DNA of 31,615 nt, taken from an uncultured virus (IMG/VR IMGVR_UViG_3300028805_000054) (taxonomy: Duplodnaviria; Heunggongvirae; Uroviricota; Caudoviricetes). This document shows, piece after piece, positions 18,052 through 27,767 of this stretch. A program made the translations under genes and the position numbers. The stretch lies in the IMG/VR virus record IMGVR_UViG_3300028805_000054. The stretch is one strand, 5' to 3'. The notes under the pieces were generated by a model. The model was not told the origin of the DNA, ran no database searches, and saw only the letters and a program-made list of their open reading frames with translations. Numbering within the stretch: position 1 is the stretch's first letter; each line of letters starts with the position of its first letter.

Positions 18052-20154
18052 ATGAATAAAATGAAAATTATAGTACCAGAACATGTAGAATATATTGGAA
18101 GAGACTGGTATGGAAAAGAAGATGAATATAGGTTAGAGGATTATCCTTTTCCACATATTATCAATAAAGTTCTTACTGGGTGTGGTTATACAGAGTATTG
18201 TCTTATGAATGATCAAGACCTAGTTCTGATATCTCCAAGAAAATTTCTCTTAGAGAATAAAATAGATCAGCATGAAAATGATCCTAATATTTACTATGCT
18301 GAAAACAAGACAGAAGTGATAACTAACTATGAAAAAGATATAAACCAAGAAGATAAATCTGGACTTAATAAAAAGTTTAACACTGAAATTCTTCGAGAGA
18401 AAAAGAGAGAATCTATCGAAGAACTTAAGTTTAGAGTAGTTGAGCATGTTACAAAGTGTAGAATTGCTTATCACAAACCTGTCAAGATTCTTGTTACCTA
18501 TGATTCTTTTAGACATGTTAAAGAAGCCCTTGGAGATCAGATTAAGAATTTTCAGATCGTAGTAGATGAATTTCAGAGTATTTTTATTGATGCTAGATTT
18601 AAATCTGACGCTGAATTAGAGCTTGTTAACAGCCTTAGGGATCTTCAGAGAGTATGTTTTGTTAGTGCTACTCCTATGTTAGATAAGTACTTGGAGATGT
18701 TGGATGAATTTAAGGATCTTCCTTACTATGAGTTTGATTGGAAGACAAAAAATTCTGGTCGAGTAGTAAAGCCTAAATTAGAAATAAAGTTTACTACAAA
18801 ATCTCTGAATTTCTGTATTTCAAAGATTATTCAAGACTATCTAGCAGGGAACTTTGAGACAAAATTGAAAAAAGATGATTCTGGCGTAATGCAAAAATTT
18901 AAATCAGAAGAGGCAGTATTTTTCTTGAACTCAGTGAAAGGTATTTGTAGAGCTATTACTACTAATATGCTTTCAATAGATCAATGTAATATTTTATGTG
19001 CTCAGACGGATGACAATAATAAATTGGTTAGAGAGGCTTTCAATACTGTAATCAAAAAGAGGGCAGAGCAGATTGGAATCAAAAATCCGGAGTTATTAGA
19101 AGGTTTAGTTATAGGTCATATACCAAAAGAGGGCCAACCGCATAAAATGTTTACTTTTTGTACTAGGACGGTTTATCTTGGAGCAGACTTTTATTCTAAA
19201 TGTGCTAGTACATACATATTTTCAGATTCCAATATTGAATGTCTTTCAGTAGATATTTCGATGGATCTTGAGCAAATACTTGGCAGACAAAGATTGAAAG
19301 AAAATCTTTGGAAAAATTGTGCTACTATGTATGTTAAATGTACTAGGATTGGTTTAAAAACTACTTGGGAAGAATTTAAGTCTAGACTAGATGAAAAGGA
19401 AAGAAAAACCATTTCTTTGTTAAATTCATATGTTACATCAGAAGGAAAGCATGATTTAGCAGAGGCATATCAGAAGTTAGCTAAGACATTTCACTATAAG
19501 GATAATTATGTGGCAGTAAATGTTCATGCCGGTAAAGATATAGTTCCCGTTTTCAATCGTCTAATGCAAGTCTCAGAAATTAGAGCTTTTGAAATTCAAC
19601 AAACAGATTATGCAGATCGATTTACTGTTATAGGATCTATGCACGAGAAGAGTTTAGTTGGAGAGATTAGAAATGATATAATGGGGTTAGCAAAGGAATT
19701 TACCAATATAACTGATATGGTAAAGAGGTTAATGTTTATTGTAAGTCTTGGAGAGGGCGAAAAGAAATTGACAGATGATGAATTAAAAGTTTTCTTCAAT
19801 TTAATTCCGGATAAATATAGAGAATATTATGATCTTTTAGGATTTGAAGGAATAAAAGCTTGTAAATATCAAGAGACATATATTAAACGTAGAATGGAGG
19901 GACTTTATGGAAATAGTAAGAAGGGAGATCAGTTGAGAGAAGAAATATATCGTCTATTTCAGGTTGGTTATAAATATTCCAAGTCTGATATTAAGACCAC
20001 TTTGAAAAATGTTTATGAAAGAATTGGATATCAGAAGACAGCAAAAGCCAGTGACCTTGAAGAATATTATGTGATTAAAGACACTAAATTACAGGATTCT
20101 ACAGGTAAATGGGTTAATGGATTTGAAATACAAGGAAAGAAGGGGATGGCTTAA
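18052..20154 (+). CDS. Superfamily 2 (DExD/H-like) helicase, origin-binding/replication-protein type
   Basis: TGCGYT (atypical motif I), SPRK, VTYDS, VVDEFQ (II), SATP (III), FFLNS (IV), YLGADF (V), QILGRQR (VI). Confidence 0.8.
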   Translation: MNKMKIIVPEHVEYIGRDWYGKEDEYRLEDYPFPHIINKVLTGCGYTEYCLMNDQDLVLISPRKFLLENKIDQHENDPNIYYAENKTEVITNYEKDINQEDKSGLNKKFNTEILREKKRESIEELKFRVVEHVTKCRIAYHKPVKILVTYDSFRHVKEALGDQIKNFQIVVDEFQSIFIDARFKSDAELELVNSLRDLQRVCFVSATPMLDKYLEMLDEFKDLPYYEFDWKTKNSGRVVKPKLEIKFTTKSLNFCISKIIQDYLAGNFETKLKKDDSGVMQKFKSEEAVFFLNSVKGICRAITTNMLSIDQCNILCAQTDDNNKLVREAFNTVIKKRAEQIGIKNPELLEGLVIGHIPKEGQPHKMFTFCTRTVYLGADFYSKCASTYIFSDSNIECLSVDISMDLEQILGRQRLKENLWKNCATMYVKCTRIGLKTTWEEFKSRLDEKERKTISLLNSYVTSEGKHDLAEAYQKLAKTFHYKDNYVAVNVHAGKDIVPVFNRLMQVSEIRAFEIQQTDYADRFTVIGSMHEKSLVGEIRNDIMGLAKEFTNITDMVKRLMFIVSLGEGEKKLTDDELKVFFNLIPDKYREYYDLLGFEGIKACKYQETYIKRRMEGLYGNSKKGDQLREEIYRLFQVGYKYSKSDIKTTLKNVYERIGYQKTAKASDLEEYYVIKDTKLQDSTGKWVNGFEIQGKKGMA

Positions 20155-20271
20155 TGCTGTCCTCTCCTTTTCAATCCCTTATTCCTTATATATGATGAGT
20201 GTAAGTAAATTTAAAATAAAATTTACGGTATTGTACGACGAAGGAGTAAATTTTGAAAGGAAATACGCAGT

Positions 20272-20790
20272 ATGAGAATAACAGATAAGAGAGTATATTT
20301 TTGGGCTGGACCGTTAGGAAATTGGAGCCGAGTGAAGGGAGGTATATTTGTTCCGGCCGAATTAAGTTTTACTAATCAGGTATTCAAACTCCCTACCTCC
20401 GAGCACGTCTTTATGTACCTTAAGGCTAGATTCTTTGGTGATGAGGAAATGATTATAAGAATTATTGCTACATCCGACCCAAAAGAAGCAAAGAAGTGGG
20501 GAAGGCAGGTAAAAGGATTTGATGAATTTCTATGGGTAGGAATTAGAGAGGAAACTATGTGGACTGCCCTAACCTTAAGATACCAATATGACGAAAGATT
20601 TAGAGATTACCTGGCGAAGGAAGAATTTGTAAGTAAGCATTTTGTAGAGGCCAATCCATATGATAAAGTTTGGAGTTGTGGTTACTTAGAAGATGACCCG
20701 AGAATAGATTTGCCGGAGGAGACATGGCCAGGATTGAATTTGTTAGGGAAGTTGTTAGATAAGTTAAGAGATCAAAATGTTAAACCGTAA
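20272..20790 (+). CDS. NADAR-family (YbiA-like) protein
   Basis: TSEHVFMYLKARFFGD, DPKEAKKWGRQV, EANPYDKVW, GLNLLGKLL. Confidence 0.9.
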   Translation: MRITDKRVYFWAGPLGNWSRVKGGIFVPAELSFTNQVFKLPTSEHVFMYLKARFFGDEEMIIRIIATSDPKEAKKWGRQVKGFDEFLWVGIREETMWTALTLRYQYDERFRDYLAKEEFVSKHFVEANPYDKVWSCGYLEDDPRIDLPEETWPGLNLLGKLLDKLRDQNVKP

Positions 20791-21130
20791 TCCTGAGCAC
20801 GTTTTCATAGAGTCGATTATATATTGCCCTTCTCAGATTTACTATTACTTTACGGATGAAGAGGATCAGGGGTGGGTTCTTTATGTTCGTCAGCGGAGAG
20901 GGCCATTAACTTGTGAATTAGTTAGAGTAGGAAAAGACGGAGAGTGGGATAGTTGGGAAAAGTGGAATAAGGTTGTGTTATCTAGGGAATATGACATTAA
21001 CGGGAAACAGAGTCAAGGGGAAGAGGAATCCGAAATTATGGCTGTTGAGAAGGAGATGTTATTGTTTCTTCGTCAGCGTTTTCCCAAGGTTATATTTCCT
21101 GACCATCCTGAGCGAAAAAATGAAGAGTAG
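20777..21130 (+). CDS. Hypothetical protein
   Basis: 117-aa ORF overlapping the end of the NADAR gene. Confidence 0.7.
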   Translation: MLNRNPEHVFIESIIYCPSQIYYYFTDEEDQGWVLYVRQRRGPLTCELVRVGKDGEWDSWEKWNKVVLSREYDINGKQSQGEEESEIMAVEKEMLLFLRQRFPKVIFPDHPERKNEE

Positions 21131-21139
21131 GTTTTATGC

Positions 21140-21478
21140 CTATTCTTTTTTTAATGGTATGATTTGATTTATACTTGTTACTCCTAGTCTATCTTTCAGT
21201 TCTGGGTATTCGACGAGAAGATGATTGCAAAATTGTCCAAAGTTATCGTATTTACGGAGTGGGCTTTTCATCATTCCACATTTATAATACAGTTGACATT
21301 TTTGGGGAGTGCATGAAAGGGAGTGGTGGTTTGTTTTTTCTACTTTCAACCATATTTTTCTTCTTTTTGTTGCTTTCAGTTTTATTCTTACAATTTTCTT
21401 ATCGATCCATTTTACCTCTAATATTTTCTCGCTTACATTCCTTTCAGTCATATTTTCCTCGTGATTTTTCCTCAACAA
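21140..21478 (-). CDS. Hypothetical protein, Cys-containing
   Basis: CxxxxCxxxxxC...C pattern; true start may be ATG 21451. Confidence 0.65.
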   Translation of the reverse strand: MLRKNHEENMTERNVSEKILEVKWIDKKIVRIKLKATKRRKIWLKVEKTNHHSLSCTPQKCQLYYKCGMMKSPLRKYDNFGQFCNHLLVEYPELKDRLGVTSINQIIPLKKE

Positions 21479-21845
21479 TTACTCGCTCATCCGTTTGTTT
21501 CCACTCATTAATAAGTCTTTCCCCGTACTTCGTGTTTCCCCGTGTGTTTTCTTGCAAGTTTTATTTTCTTGGTTGGATTTTCAGAGAGGATTTTTAGACG
21601 GCCGTAATTTTCCCTCTCTTATCTTCAACCAATTTTTTTTTACAGCATAGTCATCACACAATATTTTTACGGCCAAAGTTATTGATAAAGGCAATAACGA
21701 TAAATCTATTGTGTTTCTTTATGCTGTTTTATGTCTCTTGCAATGAATAAAACACGGGACTTTTAACATCACAAATATTAAAACAAAAAGAACTAAGGAT
21801 TTTTCTTCCCTAGTTCCTTTCCGTGCTAAGATCATAAATCCTAGC

Positions 21846-23393
21846 CTACATACCTCCGAACAATTTATCTATCAGTATTTTAGTTCTTTTGATGGTCCAA
21901 TTGCTGGGTGACTCTAGTATAGTTTCTCCTTGTCTCATTCGGAAAACGAGTTTAGCAAAAGCCTTCTCTGTTTTCTCGTCACGATTAGTTTCCACTTCAT
22001 ATACATTGTCATCCTCACTAATCTCGGACGCCACCTTAAACTTCAATTCTGGATAAGTTTCTTGTAGTTCGTCGATATTCATGTGTAGGCGAATAAAGAT
22101 AATCTCGGTAATTTTGTCTCCCGTATAAGTCTGGCCAAAATCTTTCACCAGTACTTCGGATCCAATTGTTATACCTCCAAAATCAATCTCTCGGAATATA
22201 CCTTTCCATTGTTTCCCTACCTCCATGATCAGGTCTTTAATTTCTCTAGTCCCGATCTCAACATATCTCGTCTTTTTTATGATTGCGGAGATATCGGAGA
22301 AGTTATACCATACTCCTCTTTCTGCTCCTTTCAGTGTAGCGGCGATTAAGGATTTATACCATTTCGTCTTACTTCCTTCATAAATTGTTGACGGTGCGGA
22401 TCCAGTCTCCTTGAATTCGCTTTTTCCTACTACCGGAGATGCCTTGATAATTCTTGGTCTCTCTGTGATAGGTTTAGGTTTCGGCATTTCTGCTTCTACC
22501 TTTGGTTTTTCGTCAATCTTTTCAGTTGACTTATCCTCTGCCTTAGGTTCTGGCTTTGGTTCCTCAGTGTCAGTTTTTTTCGGTTCATCATCTGTTTTTA
22601 TAACTGACATTTTTGCGATAATCTCTTGAACTTTCTTCTTCAGGTCTTCATCTTCCATCAGAGAGAACGTTCCTTTGACTTTATCATCTAGTGTTCTCGA
22701 TTCTACTTCGCATTTGTAATGGTTATCCTTCTTGTCTATTCGTATCACATCTTTTTTCATGTCCAGATACTCTTGGCAAAAACGATTTACTTCCAGATAA
22801 GCGGTATAAGGTTTCCCCTCTATGCTTCTCTGATATTTCCACCCAAATTTTTCTCGAATCTCATTAAAGGCTTTTGATTCAGCCTTTCCTTCACCTTTCC
22901 TTAATAATGACAGGAGAATAGCACTTTTTGCCATAGTCTCGCAATCAGGAAAGATATGCTTTTTTGTAGATCTTTTTACTTTCTTCTCCTCTTCCAAACG
23001 TCTTAGTTCATCCATTTCTGCAGGAGTTGGGATAAAGTACTTCGGATTTTCTTTCTTCAGTTCCTCCTTTATCTCCGGAATTTTACCTGTTCTAGCATAT
23101 CCTACTAGCTGTTCGGGTTTATACTCCGGTTTAAGCATGTAAAAACGATCTTTGCCATTGATCCTTGTTGTTACTAGATCTCCGACTCTCTTTTCGAAGC
23201 ATTTAATGAGCAGTCCAAAACTTTTCTCATTAGTTTCATACTTCTTTCTTCCTTTCAATCCTTCAACGCTGTTCACTGCTTTTACTAAGTCGACTGGTGT
23301 TATTTCCTTACCCCAGTCCAGACTCTTAATCACAGCCACATAATTGACTTTCTCCGGATTAAAAGCTTCCTTCATTTCTTTTCTTTTGTCCAT
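21846..23393 (-). CDS. Hypothetical protein with Lys/Glu/Pro-rich linker
   Basis: 515-aa ORF; no family recognised. Confidence 0.8.
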   Translation of the reverse strand: MDKRKEMKEAFNPEKVNYVAVIKSLDWGKEITPVDLVKAVNSVEGLKGRKKYETNEKSFGLLIKCFEKRVGDLVTTRINGKDRFYMLKPEYKPEQLVGYARTGKIPEIKEELKKENPKYFIPTPAEMDELRRLEEEKKVKRSTKKHIFPDCETMAKSAILLSLLRKGEGKAESKAFNEIREKFGWKYQRSIEGKPYTAYLEVNRFCQEYLDMKKDVIRIDKKDNHYKCEVESRTLDDKVKGTFSLMEDEDLKKKVQEIIAKMSVIKTDDEPKKTDTEEPKPEPKAEDKSTEKIDEKPKVEAEMPKPKPITERPRIIKASPVVGKSEFKETGSAPSTIYEGSKTKWYKSLIAATLKGAERGVWYNFSDISAIIKKTRYVEIGTREIKDLIMEVGKQWKGIFREIDFGGITIGSEVLVKDFGQTYTGDKITEIIFIRLHMNIDELQETYPELKFKVASEISEDDNVYEVETNRDEKTEKAFAKLVFRMRQGETILESPSNWTIKRTKILIDKLFGGM

Positions 23394-23419
23394 TTCTTTT
23401 GTTCTTTTTTGTTCTTAAA

Positions 23420-23752
23420 TTATAATACTCTATGCCTCTTTATCACCAAGGTACAAGATCTCGGTAATTCTGGGAGGCTTGAATACTCAAAGAGATTTAG
23501 TTCTAGGCCTTCAACTCGGATAGAATAAACTACATCTCCGCGATCAGCCTTAAACTTTTCGATCTGCTCCCACCTAACTCCATTTTTCAACAGTGTATTA
23601 TTTAGGGCGCCATTCTTAATTGAACTGAAGAGATGTTTTTCTTTCTTCAGCTCTTCCATCGACACAGTTTCAGATTCAGTCTTATACCGATTTAACTGCG
23701 GCAAGACCATCGACTCTATAAACTTAGTCGTCACATAAACTCTTCGTTCCAT
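23420..23752 (-). CDS. Hypothetical protein
   Basis: 110-aa ORF in the minus-strand cluster. Confidence 0.75.
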   Translation of the reverse strand: MERRVYVTTKFIESMVLPQLNRYKTESETVSMEELKKEKHLFSSIKNGALNNTLLKNGVRWEQIEKFKADRGDVVYSIRVEGLELNLFEYSSLPELPRSCTLVIKRHRVL

Positions 23753-23760
23753 TATTCTTT

Positions 23761-24045
23761 TTATTTTGTCATTGATTTTTTGCCAAGTTGATAATAAGAG
23801 TTTTCAATTTCTCTTCCCAACCTGCGATTCTCTTTCTCAGTAGCACGAATCTGACCTCGAAGATCAGCATTCTCGCCTTTCAGTGATTGGTTCTCTTTTT
23901 CTAAGTTTCCCAATTTTTCGTTCGCTTTGAGTAGATAATATCCTTCTGCCATCATACCAACTAAGGAAATTAAACCTACTCCAACTGTCATGCGATTTTC
24001 TTTAACCCATGACCAAAATGTTCTTTTCTTCTTTTGTTCTTCCAT
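23761..24045 (-). CDS. Membrane-anchored coiled-coil protein
   Basis: Hydrophobic segment followed by heptad-like LEKENQSLKGENADL. Confidence 0.7.
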   Translation of the reverse strand: MEEQKKKRTFWSWVKENRMTVGVGLISLVGMMAEGYYLLKANEKLGNLEKENQSLKGENADLRGQIRATEKENRRLGREIENSYYQLGKKSMTK

Positions 24046-24127
24046 ATTTGTTAAACTTATATTTCATTGTTTTGAAAATAATTCTTCAGGGTCCACAGGT
24101 CGTAAGCTTTAGTTACAGTTAGGGGCC

Positions 24128-24210
24128 CGCTGTTTCGACTTTTTCGTCTCATCAGGTTATGTCTTCCTTTTTCATTTTAATAATGAAAATAACGGATCAT
24201 AACTACAGCG
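24128..24210 (-). ncRNA. Hammerhead ribozyme, type III
   Basis: Minus strand reads CGCUGU-A-GUUAUG...CAUAAC-CUGAUGA-GAC(GAAAAA)GUC-GAA-ACAGCG. All three stems and the catalytic core are intact; GUA cleavage triplet. Confidence 0.9.
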
Positions 24211-24215
24211 TGAAT

Positions 24216-24253
24216 AATAAGAGGGCAATGTTTTTTACACACACCCTCTTATT
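24216..24253 (-). terminator. Stem-loop immediately upstream of the ribozyme
   Basis: 10-bp stem aataagaggg/ccctcttatt right after the stop of 24255-24452. Confidence 0.5.
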
Positions 24254-24254
24254 T

Positions 24255-24452
24255 TCATTTCTTGTCCAGACCATAGAGTATCTTCAGGAACTCTTTGATC
24301 TCTTCCCAGTTTCTTGTCAATACTTGTGCTGTCCATGCGAAAAACACGACAGTACTAAATTTCTTAATCTCGGGACCAAAGTAATTATCGATCCCCGCTA
24401 CCAATGCTGTAAATACTATCAGCAAAGACGTATAATAAATTATTTTTCTCAT
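24255..24452 (-). CDS. Small membrane protein
   Basis: 65 aa with two hydrophobic segments. Confidence 0.65.
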   Translation of the reverse strand: MRKIIYYTSLLIVFTALVAGIDNYFGPEIKKFSTVVFFAWTAQVLTRNWEEIKEFLKILYGLDKK

Positions 24453-24571
24453 AATAATTTTTAATTATTGTTTCCCTCGTGATTTATTTCATACAATCAC
24501 TCGTTCACGTTGTTATTAAATGTTTCTGTCTTGAAAAAAGGTACCTCTGCTTTGGAAGTACCTGTGTTTGT

Positions 24572-24718
24572 TTATTCTTCGTCTGGCCAAATATAACTTG
24601 CCACACTTGTAATACCATCCACTACTAAAGCCGTTATTACAATCGTTCTAAGTGGATGAACAGCTAAGGATTTGAAATACTCACTCCAAAATCCTACTTT
24701 TGTTTTCTTTTCTTCCAT
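24572..24718 (-). CDS. Small membrane protein
   Basis: 48 aa, MEEKKTKVGFWSEYFK...; below the track cutoff; N-terminus resembles that of 23761-24045 (MEEQKKKRTFW). Confidence 0.55.
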   Translation of the reverse strand: MEEKKTKVGFWSEYFKSLAVHPLRTIVITALVVDGITSVASYIWPDEE

Positions 24719-24729
24719 TGTTCTTCTTT

Positions 24730-24912
24730 TTATTTGATTGCCCATACTCCCTGCAATAAAGCTAAGAGGGGAGCAAAAGCAATAGTTAATACTAGAGCTA
24801 CAACCTTAATGATTGCAGACTCATCATTACTCTCTTTAAATGTCTTAATTGCTGACCAGGAAATGCTTAAAAGTGCTATTCCCCAAATCAACATAATCGT
24901 TGTTTCGTTCAT
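24730..24912 (-). CDS. Small membrane protein
   Basis: 60 aa with two hydrophobic helices. Confidence 0.65.
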   Translation of the reverse strand: MNETTIMLIWGIALLSISWSAIKTFKESNDESAIIKVVALVLTIAFAPLLALLQGVWAIK

Positions 24913-24996
24913 TGTTGTTTTGCGTTCCTCCTTTAGTGGGGAACTCTGTCTTGAAAAAGTGTCAACAAATCTCGGTCAACACTCTTTAAAATGTTT

Positions 24997-25191
24997 TCAG
25001 TCCCTTAGAGAAGACTCTATTCCAATTACAACCCAATCTATCACCGTAAATATTAATAATAGCGGTGATAATGCAAGTCGGAGAGTAGATACCCAAACTG
25101 GAATACCCTCCTCGAAAATTTTCTTCTTTATTAATAGTGCAGAAATTGTCCACACTAACATTAACGTCAAGATTGTATTTATTGTATTCAT
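24997..25191 (-). CDS. Small membrane protein
   Basis: 64 aa with two hydrophobic helices; ATGA overlap with the upstream gene. Confidence 0.65.
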   Translation of the reverse strand: MNTINTILTLMLVWTISALLIKKKIFEEGIPVWVSTLRLALSPLLLIFTVIDWVVIGIESSLRD

Positions 25192-25403
25192 AGTCCTAAC
25201 TCTCTAAGTTCTCGTTTATCATGTTCAATCAGTTCAAGCACTTTACCAGCACTCCTAACTGCATACGTGAGGGTCTTCGAATCCCTCTCGTTCCGAATTT
25301 CTTTTTGACCTATAATATCTATGGCCTCTTTATGGAATCCTAAGATAAACTCATGAAATTGTTTTCTTGATTCCACGCGTTTCTTTTGTTCTTCTATGTT
25401 CAT
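25188..25403 (-). CDS. Hypothetical protein
   Basis: 71-aa ORF with an A-rich leader. Confidence 0.7.
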   Translation of the reverse strand: MNIEEQKKRVESRKQFHEFILGFHKEAIDIIGQKEIRNERDSKTLTYAVRSAGKVLELIEHDKRELRELGL

Positions 25404-26220
25404 TGTTGTTAATTTTTAAAATGTCAAAAGTTTAAAATGTCAAATTACCTCCGGCCTCTCTCCTTCGGATTTCTTGTGACTCTCTAATATACTTCTCATT
25501 CAGTGCTCTTCGCCTTACTAGTTCTTCATATACTAGGGGAAATTCTGTACAATCTCCCAAAGAATCACCACACCTAGATTCGGAGAAATTAATACAGTAA
25601 TCTCTCTTTCCCTAGTTCGTCCATTGATATCTTCGGACTACCTGTGTTTTACAAGTCACTATAGTCTAGACTTTTCATCTAAACATCAACTTGTAAGGTC
25701 AGAACTTTTTCAGCTCTAACATTGTTTCTTTAATTTTGTTTATTTTTCTAAGACACTAACTTCCTCTTTATTTGTTATAATTAGTTAGTGTCCTTTGTCT
25801 TGAATACATTTTAAATTTTCATCAGCGTAACCACATTTCAATTATGTTGAAATTTCCCTACTGACGTTTTCCGCTCTAGCCTATGATCTCTCCGTGTATG
25901 TTCGTTTAAGGTTTATCCTCGGTTACAACACTTCAATTTTAAGAGGTCCTCACGTTTACAGGGCTTAACAACTACCCCTTCACTCCAGTTTGACATCTGA
26001 AGTCCTCTGATCCTGATTCATTTTTAATTCGCTTAGACGAATCTCCCGGTCGCTACTTCCGAAAGTACTCATCATACAATATCCAAATCAGCACCTCCTC
26101 AATACTGTATGACAAAGCCGAACTCTGTGATTCGACGCGCTTTAAAAATCAAAAACTCCCTAAGAATTTTTCATCTTAAGGAGCTTATAATCAAGATTTA
26201 TTCTCTTGATTTTATCTCAT

Positions 26221-26228
26221 ATATAAGG
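26221..26228 (-). promoter_or_regulatory. CCTTATAT promoter-like motif
   Basis: Reverse complement atataagg; heads a ~800-nt ORF-free stretch. Confidence 0.5.
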
Positions 26229-26259
26229 ATTTGAGGCGATTTCAGACGGATAAAAAAAA

Positions 26260-26538
26260 TTACCGGAAAGCAGAAGGAAGAGGTTCAATAAAAAGATCGA
26301 CAATTCCTTTTTCACCGGTTTCATCCTGCCAGAATTTAGCCACACCCATAATTTTAAGCCTACTGACATAATTATCTTTTCGAAGATAATGATTTCCAGA
26401 TATTACTAGTCTTCTCATCTCTTTTCGACTAACCTCTCCTCCCCATTTCGTTCCTTCCTTCCTAGCTTTTCCTATCATCCCTACTATCTTGTCCAGCCTT
26501 TTATCCCAAACATCAAATGGGAGGATATAGCGTTTCAT
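26260..26538 (-). CDS. Hypothetical protein
   Basis: 92-aa ORF at the end of an operon. Confidence 0.65.
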   Translation of the reverse strand: MKRYILPFDVWDKRLDKIVGMIGKARKEGTKWGGEVSRKEMRRLVISGNHYLRKDNYVSRLKIMGVAKFWQDETGEKGIVDLFIEPLPSAFR

Positions 26539-26860
26539 CTAGGTATATAACATCTAGAGTCTTAATAAATCTTTCATCCAATCCTTTCATTTCCAGTAAA
26601 CTTTCCAATACAGTTTTTGTTGAACTAGGATCAGTATAATAAACGTTATTGTAATTATAGTCTAGACAAGAAGAGTAGTAAAAACATTCATTTGGTATTC
26701 TTATTGTTTCTCCAGAAGTACTATTACATCTTTCAAAGCCCGGATATACTTCAACAATTCTAAACCAATCTGATGATATCTCCAGTTCTTTAATTTTTGG
26801 TATTAAGAGATCTATTTTATAAATCTTATCTCCTTTCTTAAGATCACAAAATCGTTTCAT
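26513..26860 (-). CDS. Hypothetical protein, KxFxDLKKGD family
   Basis: N-terminal motif shared with 27360-27767. Confidence 0.7.
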   Translation of the reverse strand: MKRFCDLKKGDKIYKIDLLIPKIKELEISSDWFRIVEVYPGFERCNSTSGETIRIPNECFYYSSCLDYNYNNVYYTDPSSTKTVLESLLEMKGLDERFIKTLDVIYLDETLYPPI

Positions 26861-27363
26861 ATAAATTTAATCCTCAAAGCTATAGTCTCTCCTTCTGAAT
26901 TTTGAGATGCGTAAAGATTATAACCACCATCACCTAATCCACTAGTACTTATCACACACTTACCGTCTATCATAGCTCCATCCCCTTCTCCGGTTTTAGT
27001 AGCTTCATATAAACGATCTGCCCAATTTTTATCTAATTCTTCCTTATGATGCTCAAAGTAGTAGTCAGAATCAAAGAATCCAGCTTTAGCACTATCCACA
27101 CCAATTTCAACATCTTTTACAAGCAGAGTAGGGAATTCATCTTGGTAATCTTCATGAGTTATCCAAAGGTCAGTTACTCTAGTTCCCCAATCTTTCCCAG
27201 TGTTTTTCTTGTACATAAAGCCAATCCATTTTCCTGACTTTATACCTTCAATAGCAGCTTGACACCAAATCCCAGGAAAATAGATAGGGTCAGAAACGAA
27301 TACAATATCCTTCAGTTCTATTTCTCCTAATCTATGTTTTATTTTCTTTTTTGTCGTACTCAT
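26857..27363 (-). CDS. DUF4241-like protein
   Basis: VSDP, GVDSAKAGFFD and SGLGDGGY motifs. Confidence 0.6.
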   Translation of the reverse strand: MSTTKKKIKHRLGEIELKDIVFVSDPIYFPGIWCQAAIEGIKSGKWIGFMYKKNTGKDWGTRVTDLWITHEDYQDEFPTLLVKDVEIGVDSAKAGFFDSDYYFEHHKEELDKNWADRLYEATKTGEGDGAMIDGKCVISTSGLGDGGYNLYASQNSEGETIALRIKFI

Positions 27364-27767
27364 AATATTTTTAGTTCTTTTTTATTGTAGAGAAGATCAT
27401 CATATTTTTTTATCATGTCTTCTATTTTATCTATTTTGGTTTTCATTATAGATATTTCACCAATCTTCTGTTCTTTCCAGGCCTCATATATTTGAACATA
27501 TCTATCATACAGGTCCTTTTTATTTATAACAAGATTTTCTGTACTGGTATTATAAAATTCATCCTCTTTTATGACATATCCGGAAGGAGGAATACTATAA
27601 CCATTAACACGATCATATAATAGATAAAGATACTTCTCATCCTCATTTTCAACTAGTATAGGATCATTTAGTAGATGTATTTTACCAGCATATACCCCAA
27701 AAGATTCCGACCTTAAAATCTCATACAGTATATCGCCCTTCTTAAGATCTTTGAACTTTTTTATCAT
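27360..27767 (-). CDS. Hypothetical protein, KxFxDLKKGD family
   Basis: Start re-assigned to ATG 27767 (MIKKFKDLKKGDILY) by similarity to 26513-26860. Confidence 0.7.
   Translation of the reverse strand: MIKKFKDLKKGDILYEILRSESFGVYAGKIHLLNDPILVENEDEKYLYLLYDRVNGYSIPPSGYVIKEDEFYNTSTENLVINKKDLYDRYVQIYEAWKEQKIGEISIMKTKIDKIEDMIKKYDDLLYNKKELKIL

Noticed and set aside
21667..21679. TTACGGCCAAAGT, inverted match to 30717-30729, with related ACGGCCG at ~15539 and ~21598
   Set aside because: Short matches in low-complexity intergenic DNA; cannot be distinguished from chance without a genome-wide count.
25950..25985. Pistol-ribozyme-like string (minus strand TAGTTGTTAAGCCCT)
   Set aside because: Could not find the P1/pseudoknot partner or P3; a simple AGGG/CCCT hairpin explains it.
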